Assembly: GCF_009914755.1 (NCBI RefSeq)
Contig: NC_060942.1
DNA length: 64,000 nt
Source: the human T2T-CHM13v2.0 reference genome, Homo sapiens
Strand: one strand, 5' to 3'
Made by a program: the position numbers and the translations under genes. Positions within the stretch are counted from its first letter, which is position 1. Every line of letters starts with the position of its first letter. Shown here piece after piece: positions 41,664-55,590 of the stretch. Below the pieces are notes generated by a model. That model was not told the origin of the DNA and searched no databases. It worked only from the letters and a program-made list of their open reading frames with translations.

Positions 41664-41924
41664 GGATTATTGTGGGTAGTTGAAGTGACAAGCTACTTTT
41701 ACAAAGCCTGGATCTACTGCACAATTCTCTCATGCCCTCTACTCTGCTCAAAACTGACAACTTTCCATGTCATTCAGTAACAAGATTAGAGAAGGATTCC
41801 CAAGTGTGAAATGTGCCTCCTCTAGAACTCAAAGCCTGCCTACTATTGTGCTTCTTCTTAGTGGTAGAAGTGCAAGTTGAATGGTGCCAATACTTGGAAG
41901 AGATGCCCCAGCAAGTCCAATATA

Positions 41925-42150
41925 TTACCTGATAGTTGATGTATCAGGCCCCTTGGTAGGGTTTATGTTTTGCCATCTGGGGCACATCCTTCTTTTCGAA
42001 AAACCTAGCAGACTTCCCAATCCATGCTCATCGAGTTTAACTGATTTGATGTCTTCTATAGAATGGAGCACCATGATGTTCTCCAGAATGCCCAGATGGT
42101 CAAGTCCCTTCAGATTGTAGAAGCAGACAATGTATATACCCCTAGGGTAA
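41925..42150 (-). pseudogene. Degenerate ERVL pol reverse-transcriptase fragment
   Basis: LDHLGILENIMVLHSIEDIKSVKLDEH..NINPTKGPDTS aligns to the ERV-L RT motif [41 protein letters not shown]; catalytic YIDD has decayed to SIED. Confidence 0.8.
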
Positions 42151-45100
42151 AGCATATTTTTGTCTACATCATCCAATTACAAACTGCTTCAAAGTCATCA
42201 TAGTCTGTTAGCCATCTTTATACATGTGTCTGGGCCGGGCTCTCTGGCTGCTATTATAACTGTGTCACCCATTTCAGTCATTATGCCCCACCTTGCCTCT
42301 AATGGTTAAATGATGCCACCTGGTCTCTGCCGTTCTAGGCTCCTATGGCCTTATTGCCACTATGGAGCTCAGTTCTGTACCTCCATCTCATATACCAAGT
42401 CTAGCCTGACAGACAACAGCAACATTGAATTTCTCAACAAGGCTGATTCATCATCAGCGCATTTCTTAATCACTTTGGTAAATAAAGGATACTATGGCTC
42501 TTTGAAGGGACTGCTAAATCTTCCAGTCTTGTATACCAAACTATGCTAAACCCATTTTACCATGCCCACTCATCTGAGAATTGGGTTCATTCCTCTACAA
42601 TTTTCAACATCAGTTAATGCATCTCTTTTGTAATTAATAAGCACCAGCTCTCTTTTAAACTTCCCCCAGGGGGCATACAAGGAGTTACTATGAAAGTATA
42701 TGCTACTGTCTCCCTTATGTAGTTTCATATCTTCCTAGACCTCTGAGGATCCACTTTCAGGAGCACTCTCCTGGTAGCTGTCAGTACATGTGAGTTGTAT
42801 CCTGAAGGCTTTTGATATATAACCTCTCTGGTAATACAAACTCTCTCTTCCTTTGCAGACAAAGCATTTTCTCACTGGAGTATGCTAACATTCAACAGTA
42901 CTTATGGATCTAATGGCAAACAGGAAAGGTAGAAACATATCTTGAGTACGGCAAGCCTTGTCTTGTAAGGCCTGCTTCATTTGATGCTTATGCATAGTTC
43001 CCAGCAAAGAGAAAAAGATTGTGTTTTCCTACAAGGAGGATTGGTTTCGGTCTAGAGTGTTCAGGAGAATTAGGACATTTAAGGATCTGAAGTGCAACTA
43101 CCTTTATATCTCTGCCACGAGATTCAGGATTCCATTTATTCCCCATCAGGACCCTGAGTTTAGCACAGTAAGTCCTCAGACTAAAACTGCACACTTCTCT
43201 AAAGTTCTGCCACTCACGATGAGGCCTTCTGTCTGGTCTTTAACTCTGTCTGTCCTTCAGATGCAGGATACAAATATTTTTTAAAAGCTTTTAAATTGCT
43301 GATTATTCAATCTGACCCTATATTTCTTTCAATAACAAATTAATGGTTCCTAGAAATAGTCACCCATTTCTAGAGTCCTTATAGTTACTGTTTTACCATA
43401 TCTGTCAAATGCAAGAGACTTTACACTAGCTAGTGCATCTTTTCCACCTGTGTTTCCTTTCAGTTCATTATAGATGAAAGTTTTGGCGATGAGATTGCCA
43501 GGGTCATAAATACTTCATCTACCACCCGCAGGAGGCCCCTTGTTGCCATTAGGCTTTTAGACTGATGAGTGATCAGTCTTCAGGATCCCATATTTAGTCT
43601 TCTTCCTAAGACCACATTTGTATCAACTGTCTTAGGTTAAGAGACCTAGAACACAGAGCCTAAAACTTGAGATATTCTGTGAAAGTGACTTGTCAAGGGA
43701 GGACTCTCAGGGAAGAGGCAGTGGGATCTGGATAGGGAAGGAAAAATGAACTAAGCAAGGATGTAACCTTTGCTGGAGTCTAGCTTCTGCCCAATTTCAC
43801 AGGGTGCTCCAGAGTATGGATTGTACTGAGAGTTGGTCCCATACTGAGGCAAGGGGCCAGTGTTTTGTACTCCATTCAGTTAGTGATTTGCTGCTGGCTG
43901 CCCAGAGTGGGGATGGTGGGGAGGCCAGGGCATAACATCCAGGGCACAGTGGCTCCTGTTTGGTCAAGGGCAATTTCTCAGAGAAGGATATAACAGTGAG
44001 CAATTAACAGGGGATGTAGCAGGGACACCAAGACAACTTACTACAATGTACAGTACAAAAGTGAGAACTTAAGGTGTTTCATAGAGTTTGGGGGCCATTC
44101 CTCCAAAATTGAGTCAAAGTGTGCTCAAAGAAAGACTAGCAATAACATTACAACCTAATAAACCTCACACTCATTTTAGATCACTTGCAGGTAAATACCA
44201 TTTTTAAAGTATTGTCTCTTTGGACCAATCAGTGTTAACGATAATTTATTCATTTTCTAGTTTTCACAGAAAATTTTAATTTTCTTACATAAAACTTATA
44301 CCAATGCACCGACACCAAGAAATTGTTCATTTAACAAATGTTTATTGTGTACTTCCTATGTACCAAGCAATGGTTAAAAGCTGAATTTTTGTTATCATTT
44401 TGCCTTGTTTAGAAAATATGATGTTGACATCTTCTTTTATTTCTATGCATCAAAAATTAGACTATTTTTAAAATAAGTCAAAATTTGTCTAATTTTTACC
44501 TAATTATAAAAGTTTTATCTTTCACTATATAGTGAACATTTTTACATCTAACAGGATAAGAATAGATGTTAATCCAGAAGTTATTGTATTATAGCAATTT
44601 CAATTATCTTAAAGCATTTTGGAATTAAGTTCTCCAAATATGTATTAAGTGTTTATTATATGAAATTCATGTCTTCAGTGTTATGGGGGGAGGATTCAGC
44701 CTAAGGGAGGTTATAATATAGTAATTTTATAGGGATCAAATGTGGCTTATAATCAAGTGATTTAATAGGAATTTTATAAAGTCTATGCAAAACAGAATTA
44801 GAAAAAAAAACAAGCATTTTCTGGAAAAAATTGTTTGCATGTCAAAACTCAAAATACACAGCACCACAGGCATGTACCTGCATGCCTGAGGCCATAGCAG
44901 ATTTGTTGTTAAGGGTTAGCAAGGTGTTTGATACAATGTCAATAAGTTACTTGGAAGGTATACTTTTAATTTTGTTTTTTTTTTTTGTTTGTTTGTTTGT
45001 TTGTTTGTTTTTATTGGGGAGAAAAAAAAAACCCTCTCTCTTTGGTCTGTTTTCCAGAAAATTTTATGAATGCTGTTTCATTTTCAAGCAAGGTACATAG

Positions 45101-46434
45101 GTTAGTCCACAGAACAGCTAGCCATCACTTTATAGAGAACCTGAATTAATAAGTAATTATAATTATACATGTTGACAGAGACCAGGATGCAAAAAAAAAA
45201 AAAAACAAATGCTGGATAGTAAATATCTGAAATATCTGTTTTAATTACTTGAACCAAATACACTGACTATAAACCAAAGCTTATTTTTTTGCACTAATTA
45301 TGCAGGTAAAGAGGGCATTCTATAGTGTGCTATAGTGTGGACAAGGGGTGGAGGGGCATGTGAGGAAAGCCACTGTAGAATGTCAAGGAAAAATGGGCTG
45401 TGAAGAAAATAAAAGAGGCTTAATTAGGTATTAAGGTCTAAATGGCATCAATACTGACAGAATCCTGTCAGAGAATGGTTTCAGTGTGCCTGACTACACA
45501 GTGAGGAGTGACAGGCTTAAGCACATTTTGGTCTGTGGCAAAACTGCTATTAGAATGAAATTTTATTATTTTATTGGGTGTTTGATTGTCTCTTATTTAT
45601 ATTATGTATTTCTTCCTAACCAGATCATATATTTATCTATTCATGTATTATGCATGTTCTAATTCTTATGTTTAAGTATATGTTAGAGAGGGCAAATAGT
45701 TGGAATTCATATAGTCATATTTCATGTGTAAATAGTCTAGCATTGATTTGTATTTGCTGAATAAAATAAATCTCATTGATGTCATTCTAGGTCCCCAAGT
45801 TCTAGGACACTCAGCTCCATCTGCTAAGGCTTCTGGAACTGAACAGGGCTTGCTGCAGTGGCAGTGGCATGGCCAGGAAGGTTGTGAGTAATGTCTTAGG
45901 GATGACTGCATAGACTTCATAAGGCAAGCTGGGCCTGGGATGACATTTACAAACAAAGAGTTTTGGAATCGAAGGTTAAAAAATGCAACCAATGAGGGGC
46001 CACTGGCTGGAGTAAGTAGACTGTTGGGAAAACCAGGCCACCAAGGGGGGCCATGGAAACGCTGGGCACCTGGGCAGGAGAAGGGCAGAGCAGGAAAGCT
46101 CTGTTCACTCCACACTCTCAGGAGGGCTGACCCAGCCATGGAATCTGCTTTCCTGTGGATTCTACCTTGACATTCATAGGTGTTTGGCCCTTGGTACATT
46201 TTAGAATTTCCTATCAGTGATTCTGTTTGAGGGAATTAAAAAAAAAAAATAAAGAACACTCTACTGTCTGAGTTCCCCCAAGTGAGTTAACTTTTTTATT
46301 AAGAGTAACACAGTACTCTTGATTTTTCATCTGAAAAGTACAGGTTCACTTTAACATTACTTCCAATAAGCATAGTACTTTGTTTAGACAAAACTGGACT
46401 GCAGGAATTTGAGTAATATTATCAAATGAGGTAC

Positions 46435-47065
46435 GTGGCAACACCAGCTGTTGGTGGATGAAGATGCACAGCAAGTGGAGAGAATGCAAAATATACTACT
46501 GGTGAGAAAGCAAAATGGGTACAACCACTTTTGGAAGACAGATTTTTCAGTGTCTACCAAAGTTAAATATACACTGCTTCTATGTTCCAGCAGCTTCTCT
46601 CCTAGGTATTCATCTTAAAAATCTCAGTACATGTGATTACAATGCATTTGTACAAGAATATTCAAGCAGCACTATTTATAATATCCCCATAAAGAAACAA
46701 CCCAGAGTCCACAATTGGGAGTAAAACAAAAGTGGTACATCTGTACAATGGAATACTATGCAGCAACAAAAATGAACTACTCAAACACATAGTCACATGG
46801 ATGAATCTCAAAACTATTATGTTGAGAAAAAAATCAGACACAAAAGATGGCATATTGTATGATTAATTCATTTCCTGTTCAGCAACAAGCAAAAGTGTAT
46901 AGTGATGGAAAGTAGAACAGTGATGACCTTAGAGTAGTTGTTGAGGGAGAAGGGGCATGAAAAAATTCCTGGGCATGCTGGCGGTGTTCTACTACTTCAT
47001 TTGAATGATGGCTCTGATTAACCTTTTAGCATTCCACTGTATGCAAATTATACCTAAAAAACATG
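46435..47065 (+). mobile_element. L1ME-type 3' end
   Basis: aaaatgggtacaaccacttttggaa..acaatggaatactatgcagcaac..catggatgaatctcaaaa. Confidence 0.85.
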
Positions 47066-48089
47066 CATGGCTCTAGTGTCAAAGAAATCCATAGAGCCTC
47101 AGCTCCTAGTAAACTCCTCTTTTATTGAATTTGTGACTGCGACACAAGATGAGGAGAGGTGTGATTTTAATACTTGATATGCATGTTCCTTAATGTCTTT
47201 GCTATCCCCCTTTGCTACTTTATGGTAAACTTTCCATTTTCATCAGAGTCTGAGAGCCCCTTTGAGGTTGTAGGTTTGTTAGGGGAATCTATTATTCTAG
47301 CTCAGGCTAAGGGTTTCAGTCCCAAAAAGCCCAAGATAAAGCCCAGTATCTTTGCCTAGTCCATTCAGGATAGGAAAAGTGAGATGAGTATTTTTGAGAT
47401 ACACCTTCATGGAAAGCCAAGAGTTATGGACCACATAACTAGACTACATCTAACTCAATGGAACAAGGGGCAGACAGGAACAGAGAACAGACTTAAAGTG
47501 AGTAGAAGATGCATCTGCATGGTATTTCGTCCTCAGCAAACAAGGGGCATCTTCAGAGATGACCATTGAAGGGTGCTTAGCTTGCCTTGATTTGTGTTCC
47601 GGTATATAATTCTCAGTTTGACTGAAATGGAGCCCCAGGGACGCGTTCCAGTGCTGTGAAGCATGCCTCTCTGGCTGGTTGCTGCTCAGATACAGCCCAG
47701 TACAAATGAGTAAAAGCCACATATTTGCTTGTAGGGGACATAGGAAGGGGAGATAGCATTGCCTCTTTATCTCCAACCAAATGGAAAGAGAATGATGTTG
47801 CCTCCTTGCACTATACCCAAAGCTGTAAATGGTACCGTCTCCCCAATTGTCAGTGCCACTCAATGTATATTCTATACCTCAAAGATTGGGTATCTTTTAG
47901 TTGATTGAAACTTAGTAGTATTCATTAGATCTCTCTTTTCCCTGAGAACCTCACACAGCCCCGTGGGCACAGCCAGAATCGAAGAAAATTGGACTAACTG
48001 AAACTTGCTTTACTCTAAAATCTCTCTTTGTGTATTTCTTCTAGTTAGTGTTCCTAATGGGGCATGTGTGGTTTCATTAATTCACTTCC

Positions 48090-48360
48090 TCATTCTCTCA
48101 TTAATTTAACAAATATATATATTGAGTGCCATCTACATGTAAGGAGCTCTGCTGAGGACGTGGTATAAACAAAACAGCCTATACCTGTGGCACTTTCAGG
48201 AAGGTGAGGTAGACAGGTAATTATAGATATACAAAGGTATATTCCATGGGTCTGGAGGTGTATAGGACTGTGAAGAAAACAAAAAGGATAGAAAATGAGG
48301 ATCCATGCTGTTTTATTCAAAGTGCCCCGGGAAGGTCCCATGGACTGAAGGGTTGATCCA
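48090..48360 (-). mobile_element. L2 3' end
   Basis: aacaaatatatatattgagtgccatctacatgt..ctctgctgagg. Confidence 0.7.
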
Positions 48361-48506
48361 TGCCTTGCTGATGTGCAGGAGAGTCAATATGGACCCAAGG
48401 GCAACCATTGCTCCCCTGAGGCTAATTCATGTGGGTCTGAGGTAACTGCACATCCATAAGCTGATGTGTCCAGAGGGACCTGCACCCTCCATAGTCCTGT
48501 TGATGA

Positions 48507-48907
<401 letters not shown>

Positions 48908-49285
48908 ACAATTTTCTTTTCATTGAGGTATAACTTAAACACAGGAAATACACAAATAAATGTACATCTCCTCAATTTCCTTCCCACGGGGCCAGAGAAA
49001 AACTCTTAAGATTATTTTCTAATGGAAGAACAAAGCTTTGTTGTTTCTGATATGAAAGAAAACAAAGTCTACATGCATTTCTGTCTTTTTCGTCTTTTTC
49101 TCATGTAAGGAACAGCAGCAGAACTAAGACAAATAAAATAAAAGTAACACACTGCCTTTCCTTCCCCGTACCACACCACCACCAATGTTTCTTGAGCTCA
49201 TAGAATGAGGGAACTAACTACAGAGCTCAGAATCCAAACCTGGTCTATATCTGGGAAGTGAAACCTGGGACTCTTATTTTTTAGA

Positions 49286-49410
49286 ACAATGGTTCTCAAA
49301 TAGTGATCCCCAGACCAGCAACCTTAGCATCACATGGAATAATATCAAAAACTCCAGCTAGGACCCAGCAATTTGTGTTTTAAAAAGCCTTGCTGAAGTT
49401 TGAGAACCTC
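49286..49410. mobile_element. Deleted MER5A-like MITE
   Basis: TIR-like caatggttctcaaa / aagtttgagaacc; ccccagaccagca. Confidence 0.7.
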
Positions 49411-50429
49411 GTAAGTCCAAATGCCATTACCACCTGTGGAATATGACTCCCTGGTGTGGGTAGGCATTCAAACAAGATAACATGGGTGAAAATTAAATGT
49501 TTACTTTTGAAGGCATGAAATGAGAAGCACAAATACATAAATAAAACACAAAGATCAATAGAAAATTATCTATATATGCTTCTTCAAAGTTTGTTTTCAA
49601 AGAGCTTCTAATCCAATTAATACTTTTATTTTGTTGCTGTTTCAATCAAAATAAAGTAAAATGTTATTTAAAATTTTTTAAACTATGCCTCTATCTCAAA
49701 TACATGATAGAAAATTAGTATGAGTTTTTTGTAATCTCTCAGAATTCCTTCTCTTATTTTAAAAATTGGATTTACATTTATTTATCAAATTAGCATAATC
49801 AAGAATGAAAGTCTGTGTTGCTCTTATTTAGGCAAGATATATTAGTTGGCATCCTCACACTTTCTCCCATTGTTCACTTCCTTCTAACCCCCATCTCAAA
49901 ATTAGTGTACACTGCAATTTCTGCAACCAATGATTGTAGTAACAATATTGTTTTTTTTTCACATCAGTATGTTTGCTTCACAGTTATAAGGTTTGAATTG
50001 CACTATAGTTAGATTTAAATCCATGATTAGGTGGCTTCAATGCTTATTGCTGGTCTCCTCATGTATAACCTCTCCAATAGGAAGTTTGCTATATTGGGTT
50101 ATCTCTTGTGGCTAAAGTGTGTTTGTTCAGTTTTATTTTTTGGAGTGGGAGGAAAGGAGAGTAGAATTGTGTCAGAAAGAGTGTGTATGTGTAATATGCT
50201 TCCAGATACATTCCATATCTGAGCGTGCCTGTTGTTTTCACATAAAAATTAAAATTTTTACTTAGTTTAGAATTCTTCTCTATCTTGTCTGTCCCTATCT
50301 ATCTACCTATCGATCAATAATACGATAATTTGTAATTACATACTCTTCTCTGTCTTTACTTAACTGTGCCTTTCCCCTGCTTAACTGTGAGGCCCATGAG
50401 GCTAGATAATGTGCCAATTTTCACAAATC

Positions 50430-51580
50430 CCTTGGAAGGATTTTATCAATAAAGAGGAACAAAGAAATTGACACAGACATTGATGCGCAAACTTAGTGAT
50501 ATCTTCCATCTTCCTGAGCAAAAAGAGCGTGGAGAAAGCAGATGCAGGAGGAAAGGGATCAAAAAGTCCTTGAGGATTCAAGAGGGTATGAGAAGAACAA
50601 TAGATTTTCTGAGGTAGTTAAGGTACCAGTTCACCCACTGTGCCAGAAAAGATAGTGGGACATTTTGAGACAGGTGAAGTGAAGGTGGTAAAATTGTAAG
50701 AGGGAAGACAAAATACAGTTGTCCCTTAGTATATGCAGGGAATTGGTTCCAGGATGGCCCACATATACCAAATCCCCTGTGGAACCTGCCTATACCAAAA
50801 TTCATCCCTATAATACTTGCATCCTGCAAGTACTGTATTTTTAATCCATGTTTGGTTGAAAAATAAACCCTATAAAAATGGATGCATGCAGTTCAAACCC
50901 ATGCTGTTGAAGGGTTAAATGTAATTCTCTTCGGATTACTTCTATTTTATCAACAAAAGACAAAAGTAATGAGCTGAGTGGTTCAGGGCAGGGATGTGGA
51001 AGATGGATGGAAAAAGGTGTGCCATCATCTCCTGGGGAATAGAGGAATGAACTACTGTGCAGAACTGTAGCGTTGTTTCCCTGTGACACTGAGGCCTTCT
51101 TGATGTCAGTCATCATTGATTTTCCTGCAGCCACACTGTTCCCAGGGAGGCAAGGCAGAGACACTCAGGAGGCAGAGCATTGCATTAAACCGCAGTTGGG
51201 AACAGACCAGGAGATTAAGACAGAGGAAGAAGGGTTAAGGGGGCTGTGAATCCGTAAGCAGTGACTATCACTGTGTGCCTGGAATCCAAGCTACGTAAAA
51301 CAGGAAATGAGTTTAAGAGGGGCCTGATAGAGAAAAAGTGGTAGGTACATGGGAAAGAGGGTGTCAGATTGGTTTTGTATTGTTTACAGTTGCAGTGGAA
51401 GTACTTTGAAAGTGAGCTGCAGAGATAGAAAGTGAGCTGCATGGTCAGAGGGTGTTCTGGACATTGCAATTCTGAAAGAGTACAAAGCAACGGTAAGGTG
51501 AGAGTAGGCAGCGGGTGGAGATTGAGAGGTGAGATAAAGAAACCGTGGTAGAAGCAGAGAACTCAAGATGAAAGGGCACA
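50430..51580 (-). mobile_element. L2 internal fragment split by MER8
   Basis: Purine-rich strand; attttatcaataaagaggaacaaagaaat; tctcttcggattacttctattttatcaacaaaag. Confidence 0.6.
50716..50921 (+). mobile_element. MER8 (TcMar-Tigger MITE) with TA target duplication
   Basis: ta|cagttgtccct..attggttccagga..gcagttcaaacccatgctgttgaagggttaaatg|ta. Confidence 0.9.
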
Positions 51581-52311
51581 TCTGTCCTCAGAGCTTGATC
51601 TGTTGCTCTAAAGCATTCATCAGTCTGCCCGTCCTGAACGAGACCTCCCTGTCTTTCCAGCATTTTGGGTCTATTCAACCTGGCTGTGAATCCCTCTCAG
51701 TCTCTGGCTTGGGCAGCCAGCCCTGAGCATCTCAGTGCTAAGACTACTTTGTCGATGCTGGTGGTCCCCTCTGGCCAGTTCCATAAATCCTCAGCGAACT
51801 TTGGATAATTCAAGAACTTCTGAACTCTAAGTACCCCTTGGGATCCACCATTGTTCTAATTCATTTTAAATCACCCCTCTTCATGAGCACCCAGCCATAT
51901 AGCAGCCCCAAAACTGACTGTGTTCTGTATGACTGCACAGGGAGCCAATCTGTCCTGGACAGTCCCCTTACTCCATCTGACACAGCCTCCCTAGGGCTCT
52001 CTAAGACCTGGGACTCCAGACCTACTTCTTGATATGTTAAAGGAGAAAATGAATTTAGATAATCCTTTAGTCTTTCATAAGGCCTTGCTTTCGAGACTAT
52101 CTTTTACAAAAGAAGGTAAGAAAGTCACCCTCGAGAGAAAGTTGATTTATAAGATTCTTTGCCCTCTGGGAAACTACACCCACATTTTACTGGTTTGATT
52201 AACCTTGAAGTGAAGTCCCAGAGGTAGGAGGTGAATAAAAATTAAGGAGCAAATTAAAATCCATTGGCCGAATATTAGTAAAATGCTACTCTGTTTTGTT
52301 AATTTTGAGAC

Positions 52312-52490
52312 CCTGTGGCATATTGGAAAGTGAACTGATATCAAAAGACAGGAATGTTAGCTCGACTCAGAAAGTGACTTTCTGTGTGACCTTGAGTAAT
52401 TCACTTAATTTCTCCCAGGTGCAAGTTCCTCATCTGGAAAATGAGGGTGTTGGCCTAGGTGAACTCTAAGGGACCTTCCAGCTTCAGCAA
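52312..52490 (+). mobile_element. MIR3-like SINE
   Basis: ctgtgtgaccttgagtaattcacttaa..ttcctcatctggaaaatgagggtgttgg..ctctaagggaccttccagct. Confidence 0.85.
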
Positions 52491-53384
52491 CCTAGACCCT
52501 TAAATAAGGCTAAAAGGCAAAGACAATATCATGATCTATTGATAAGTCAGGTTTTAAAAAAGTTTTCACTAATCTTGGCTTTTATGTTATTCAAGGTCAT
52601 TGGACAAAGAACACAGTGTGCATAAAAGGCCTACAGATTTTGATGTTTCAGTTGTTTCAAAGAGAGCACATAGATACATATGTATATGGGGTGCTACTGG
52701 ATCTGAAATAATATAGTCAAAAGCATCCTAGACCTTCAGAAAACATATGGCTGGAATTTTTTAATGAAAGATTGATAAATTTTCCTTTATTTATGACTTT
52801 TCATTAATGAACAATAATTTAAAAGAATAAAATAAGTCTGTGGAGAAAAGAAAAGTAAAATGTTTGGAGATATCTTCTTTTAAGTATTAGTCTTAATATT
52901 CTAGTCTGTGGTGCCAGACTAGAAACCAATGATTTATTTTATTACTTACTCTTTCAATAACAGTGAAATGAACTTCCCTCATGCATCTAAGTATATTCTG
53001 ATCATTTTGCCACTTGAACAGAATCTTCAAATACAGCACTTCTCTGTATAGGTGTATATTGCAGCACATGGAAAACAACTTCTCCATTGAGCAAAGTGAT
53101 ACAGAAGAAGAAACCAAAAAATTGAGATGCAATTCCTGAGCTCCATCCAAACTCGGCCAACTGTAGCTGCATATTCTTATGCAAGTTATTATTCACTCTA
53201 GGCCTTGTGTTTCTCATGTGAGATTGACCAAGATGGTGACTGTAGTCCTTTCCATTATATTGTCTTAGGATGGCCCTAGAACATAAATGCAATGCCTAAA
53301 TTGGTGCGAGTGTAATTGTATGCCACTTCTGAGATACTTATGGATGTGTGCCTTCTCATTATTCCACCTGTACCCAAATCAGCA

Positions 53385-54144
53385 TTTCAGCTTCAGGGAA
53401 TGAAATGAAGAGAATTAGGTCCTTGCTCTGGATTCGATACTGGCTTAAGAGAATGTTGTGGCTAGTTTGATCTATCCAGACCATAAAACTTTCTCTAAAT
53501 CAGCAGTAAGGCTATCGATCATGTGTTCACTGGAGTAGTACTTTTAGTTTCCTTTAAGAACTTTGCATTTGCAGTCACAACTTGGTTAAGTGTTTGGTGC
53601 AAGAAGCCTAGCATTCAACTTATTTCTACTTTTGACACCTTCTTTATGAAGCTTAATCATCCCTAGCTTTTGATTTAAAGAGACCTGTGACTCTTCCTTT
53701 CACTTGAACTCTTAGAGGCCATTGTAGGGTTCTTAATTGGCCTAATTCCAATGCAGTTGTCACTCAGAGAATAGGGAGGCCTGAGGAGAGAAAGAAAGAT
53801 GGGGGAACGGCTGGTCACTGTAGCAGCCAGAACACACATAACACTTACTAGGTCCCCATTTCATATGGGGATGGTTCATGGCATCCCCCAAATAATAACA
53901 ACAGTAACATTAAACATTACTGATCACAGATCACCATAACAAATATAATAATAATGGAAAAGGTAGAAATATCATAAGAATTATCAAAATGTGACACAGA
54001 GACTGGAAGTGAGTACATGGTGTTAGAAAAAAATAGTGCTGATAAATTTGATATACAGTTGCCACAAACCTTCAATTTGTGAAGAAAAACCCACAGTATA
54101 TTTGAAGCACAATAAAGGGAAGCACAGTAAAAAAGGTGTATCTG
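53385..54144 (-). mobile_element. Tigger1 5' portion, including the degenerate start of the transposase
   Basis: Minus strand starts cagatacacc..tttattgtgcttca..acaaattgaaggtttgtggcaac; atggcctctaagagttcaagtgaaaggaagagtcac (MASKSSSERKSH) marks the transposase N-terminus. Confidence 0.92.
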
Positions 54145-55590
54145 CACACATTTATTACAACAGCAATATTGCTACTAAATATTTGCTATAGGGTAAATGC
54201 AAAGCTTTTCTACAAACACCTGTCAATGTGTCAGGTGTGTTCATTTGGAACCCAATGAGCAGGGACCAGGCACTGGACATCCAGGTCTTGCCCTACAGGG
54301 TTGAAAGCTAAATTAGCCAAAGGAAGAAAAAATGATCAGTCACACCGCTGCCTGCTTTGTACCAGACATTTTTGTCAGAACTTAAAAATTGAAAGAAAAA
54401 ACATGCAAAGACAAATAATTGGGTGTCTGGCTGGCTAGGGATCTGACACGCTTCTTTTAGGTGGTGCTTTTTCTTGCAGACAGACACTACATGCAATTTT
54501 GCCTCAGCAGAGAATGTCACATTTGCTGAACTGGCTGCAAGCTGCTGGGCCCTACTGCTATCAGGCCCTCAGCAGACAAAGGGCAAAATGGATTTAGAGG
54601 GTGGCAGCTGGTGCAGGAGATCTCTGGCTGCAAGCCCCAGAGCCCAGTATTGTGGCTGCAATCTACCTGATCCTGGTAGTCTGCAGAAAGGGCACAGTAT
54701 GCAGCAGGAGGTCCAGCTGCTGCTGCTAGTGGAGGGCGGCCCCCTGCAGCTCACAGATGTGAACAGGTACTCTTTCTACCACTCTGTGCCTGTTCTAGGG
54801 CTCCTTATTACTGGCTACTAACAAACAAGAAATCAATATCCACATCAGCTTCATGCCACTGGAGTTCTGGAAAGCAGTTTGGTTCCAGGAAATCTAAATA
54901 GTTTTGTGGCTGTGGATGCCAGTTACAGAGTCATCATGTAAAAAGATGAAGAGTACAGTGGGAGGGTACTGATAAAGTCCAGGGGAATGAGAGTACCCAC
55001 TAAAGCAGATGTGAGCTCTGTGTCAGAGTGCAAATATGGGCCCTGAGCCTTCTGGGCACTAAGAGCTCAAGGGTATGCATGAGGGAGTGGCTTGGAGTGG
55101 AAGTTGAGCTAGGACCAAGGAAAAGAGGGACTACACTAAAGTCTTATGAACTGGCTAATGCGTATAAGGAAGTGAGGAAGGAGTCGGGGAGGGAGGGGCA
55201 CTTCATGATGTGCATATGTGTGTATTTGTATATCTATATACCTATTCATATATATAACATATATACACATCAATAACATACATATATACCCATTATGTAT
55301 ATTATATATGAGCATGTGTATGCACACATGCACACACAAACACACACATATATACGAGATAGAGAGAAGTTTTATAATTTTAAACGTGGAAAAAATAAAA
55401 ATGACACCCCCCAAATTGTTAATAATGGTTAATTTTGTGGGGTGTAATTATATAGGCTACAGGAAATTTTTAAATTTCAGACAATTCTAAAGGTTGTAAG
55501 AATATGAATAAATTTGGGTAGTAAAATTTGTTTAGCATTTTTCATGTAAAAATACAAACATACACAGAGATATATATACCTATAGCTTCC

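Larger units (their letters stand above)
40680..44045 (-). mobile_element. Internally deleted ERVL provirus (ERV3-16A3-like): 5' LTR ~43628-44045, internal ~40926-43627, partial 3' LTR ~40680-40925
   Basis: LTR end taagaca followed by gttgatacaaatgtggtcttaggaag (leader, minus strand); PPT-like aaggggtgggc next to the second LTR; both LTRs share tggctcc..ggca..tcagagaagg-type blocks. Confidence 0.75.

Noticed and set aside
45672-46199. Longest ORF (175 aa, minus strand)
   Set aside because: No recognisable domain, no convincing exon context, and it runs into AT-rich sequence; compatible with chance
51408-51441. gaaagtgagctgca repeated at 20-bp spacing (likewise ctatagtgtg x2 near 45320)
   Set aside because: Ordinary slippage micro-duplications with only two units, not an array
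53068-53139. Short ORF MENNFSIEQSDTEEETKKLRCNS*
   Set aside because: Only 23 codons with no supporting signals
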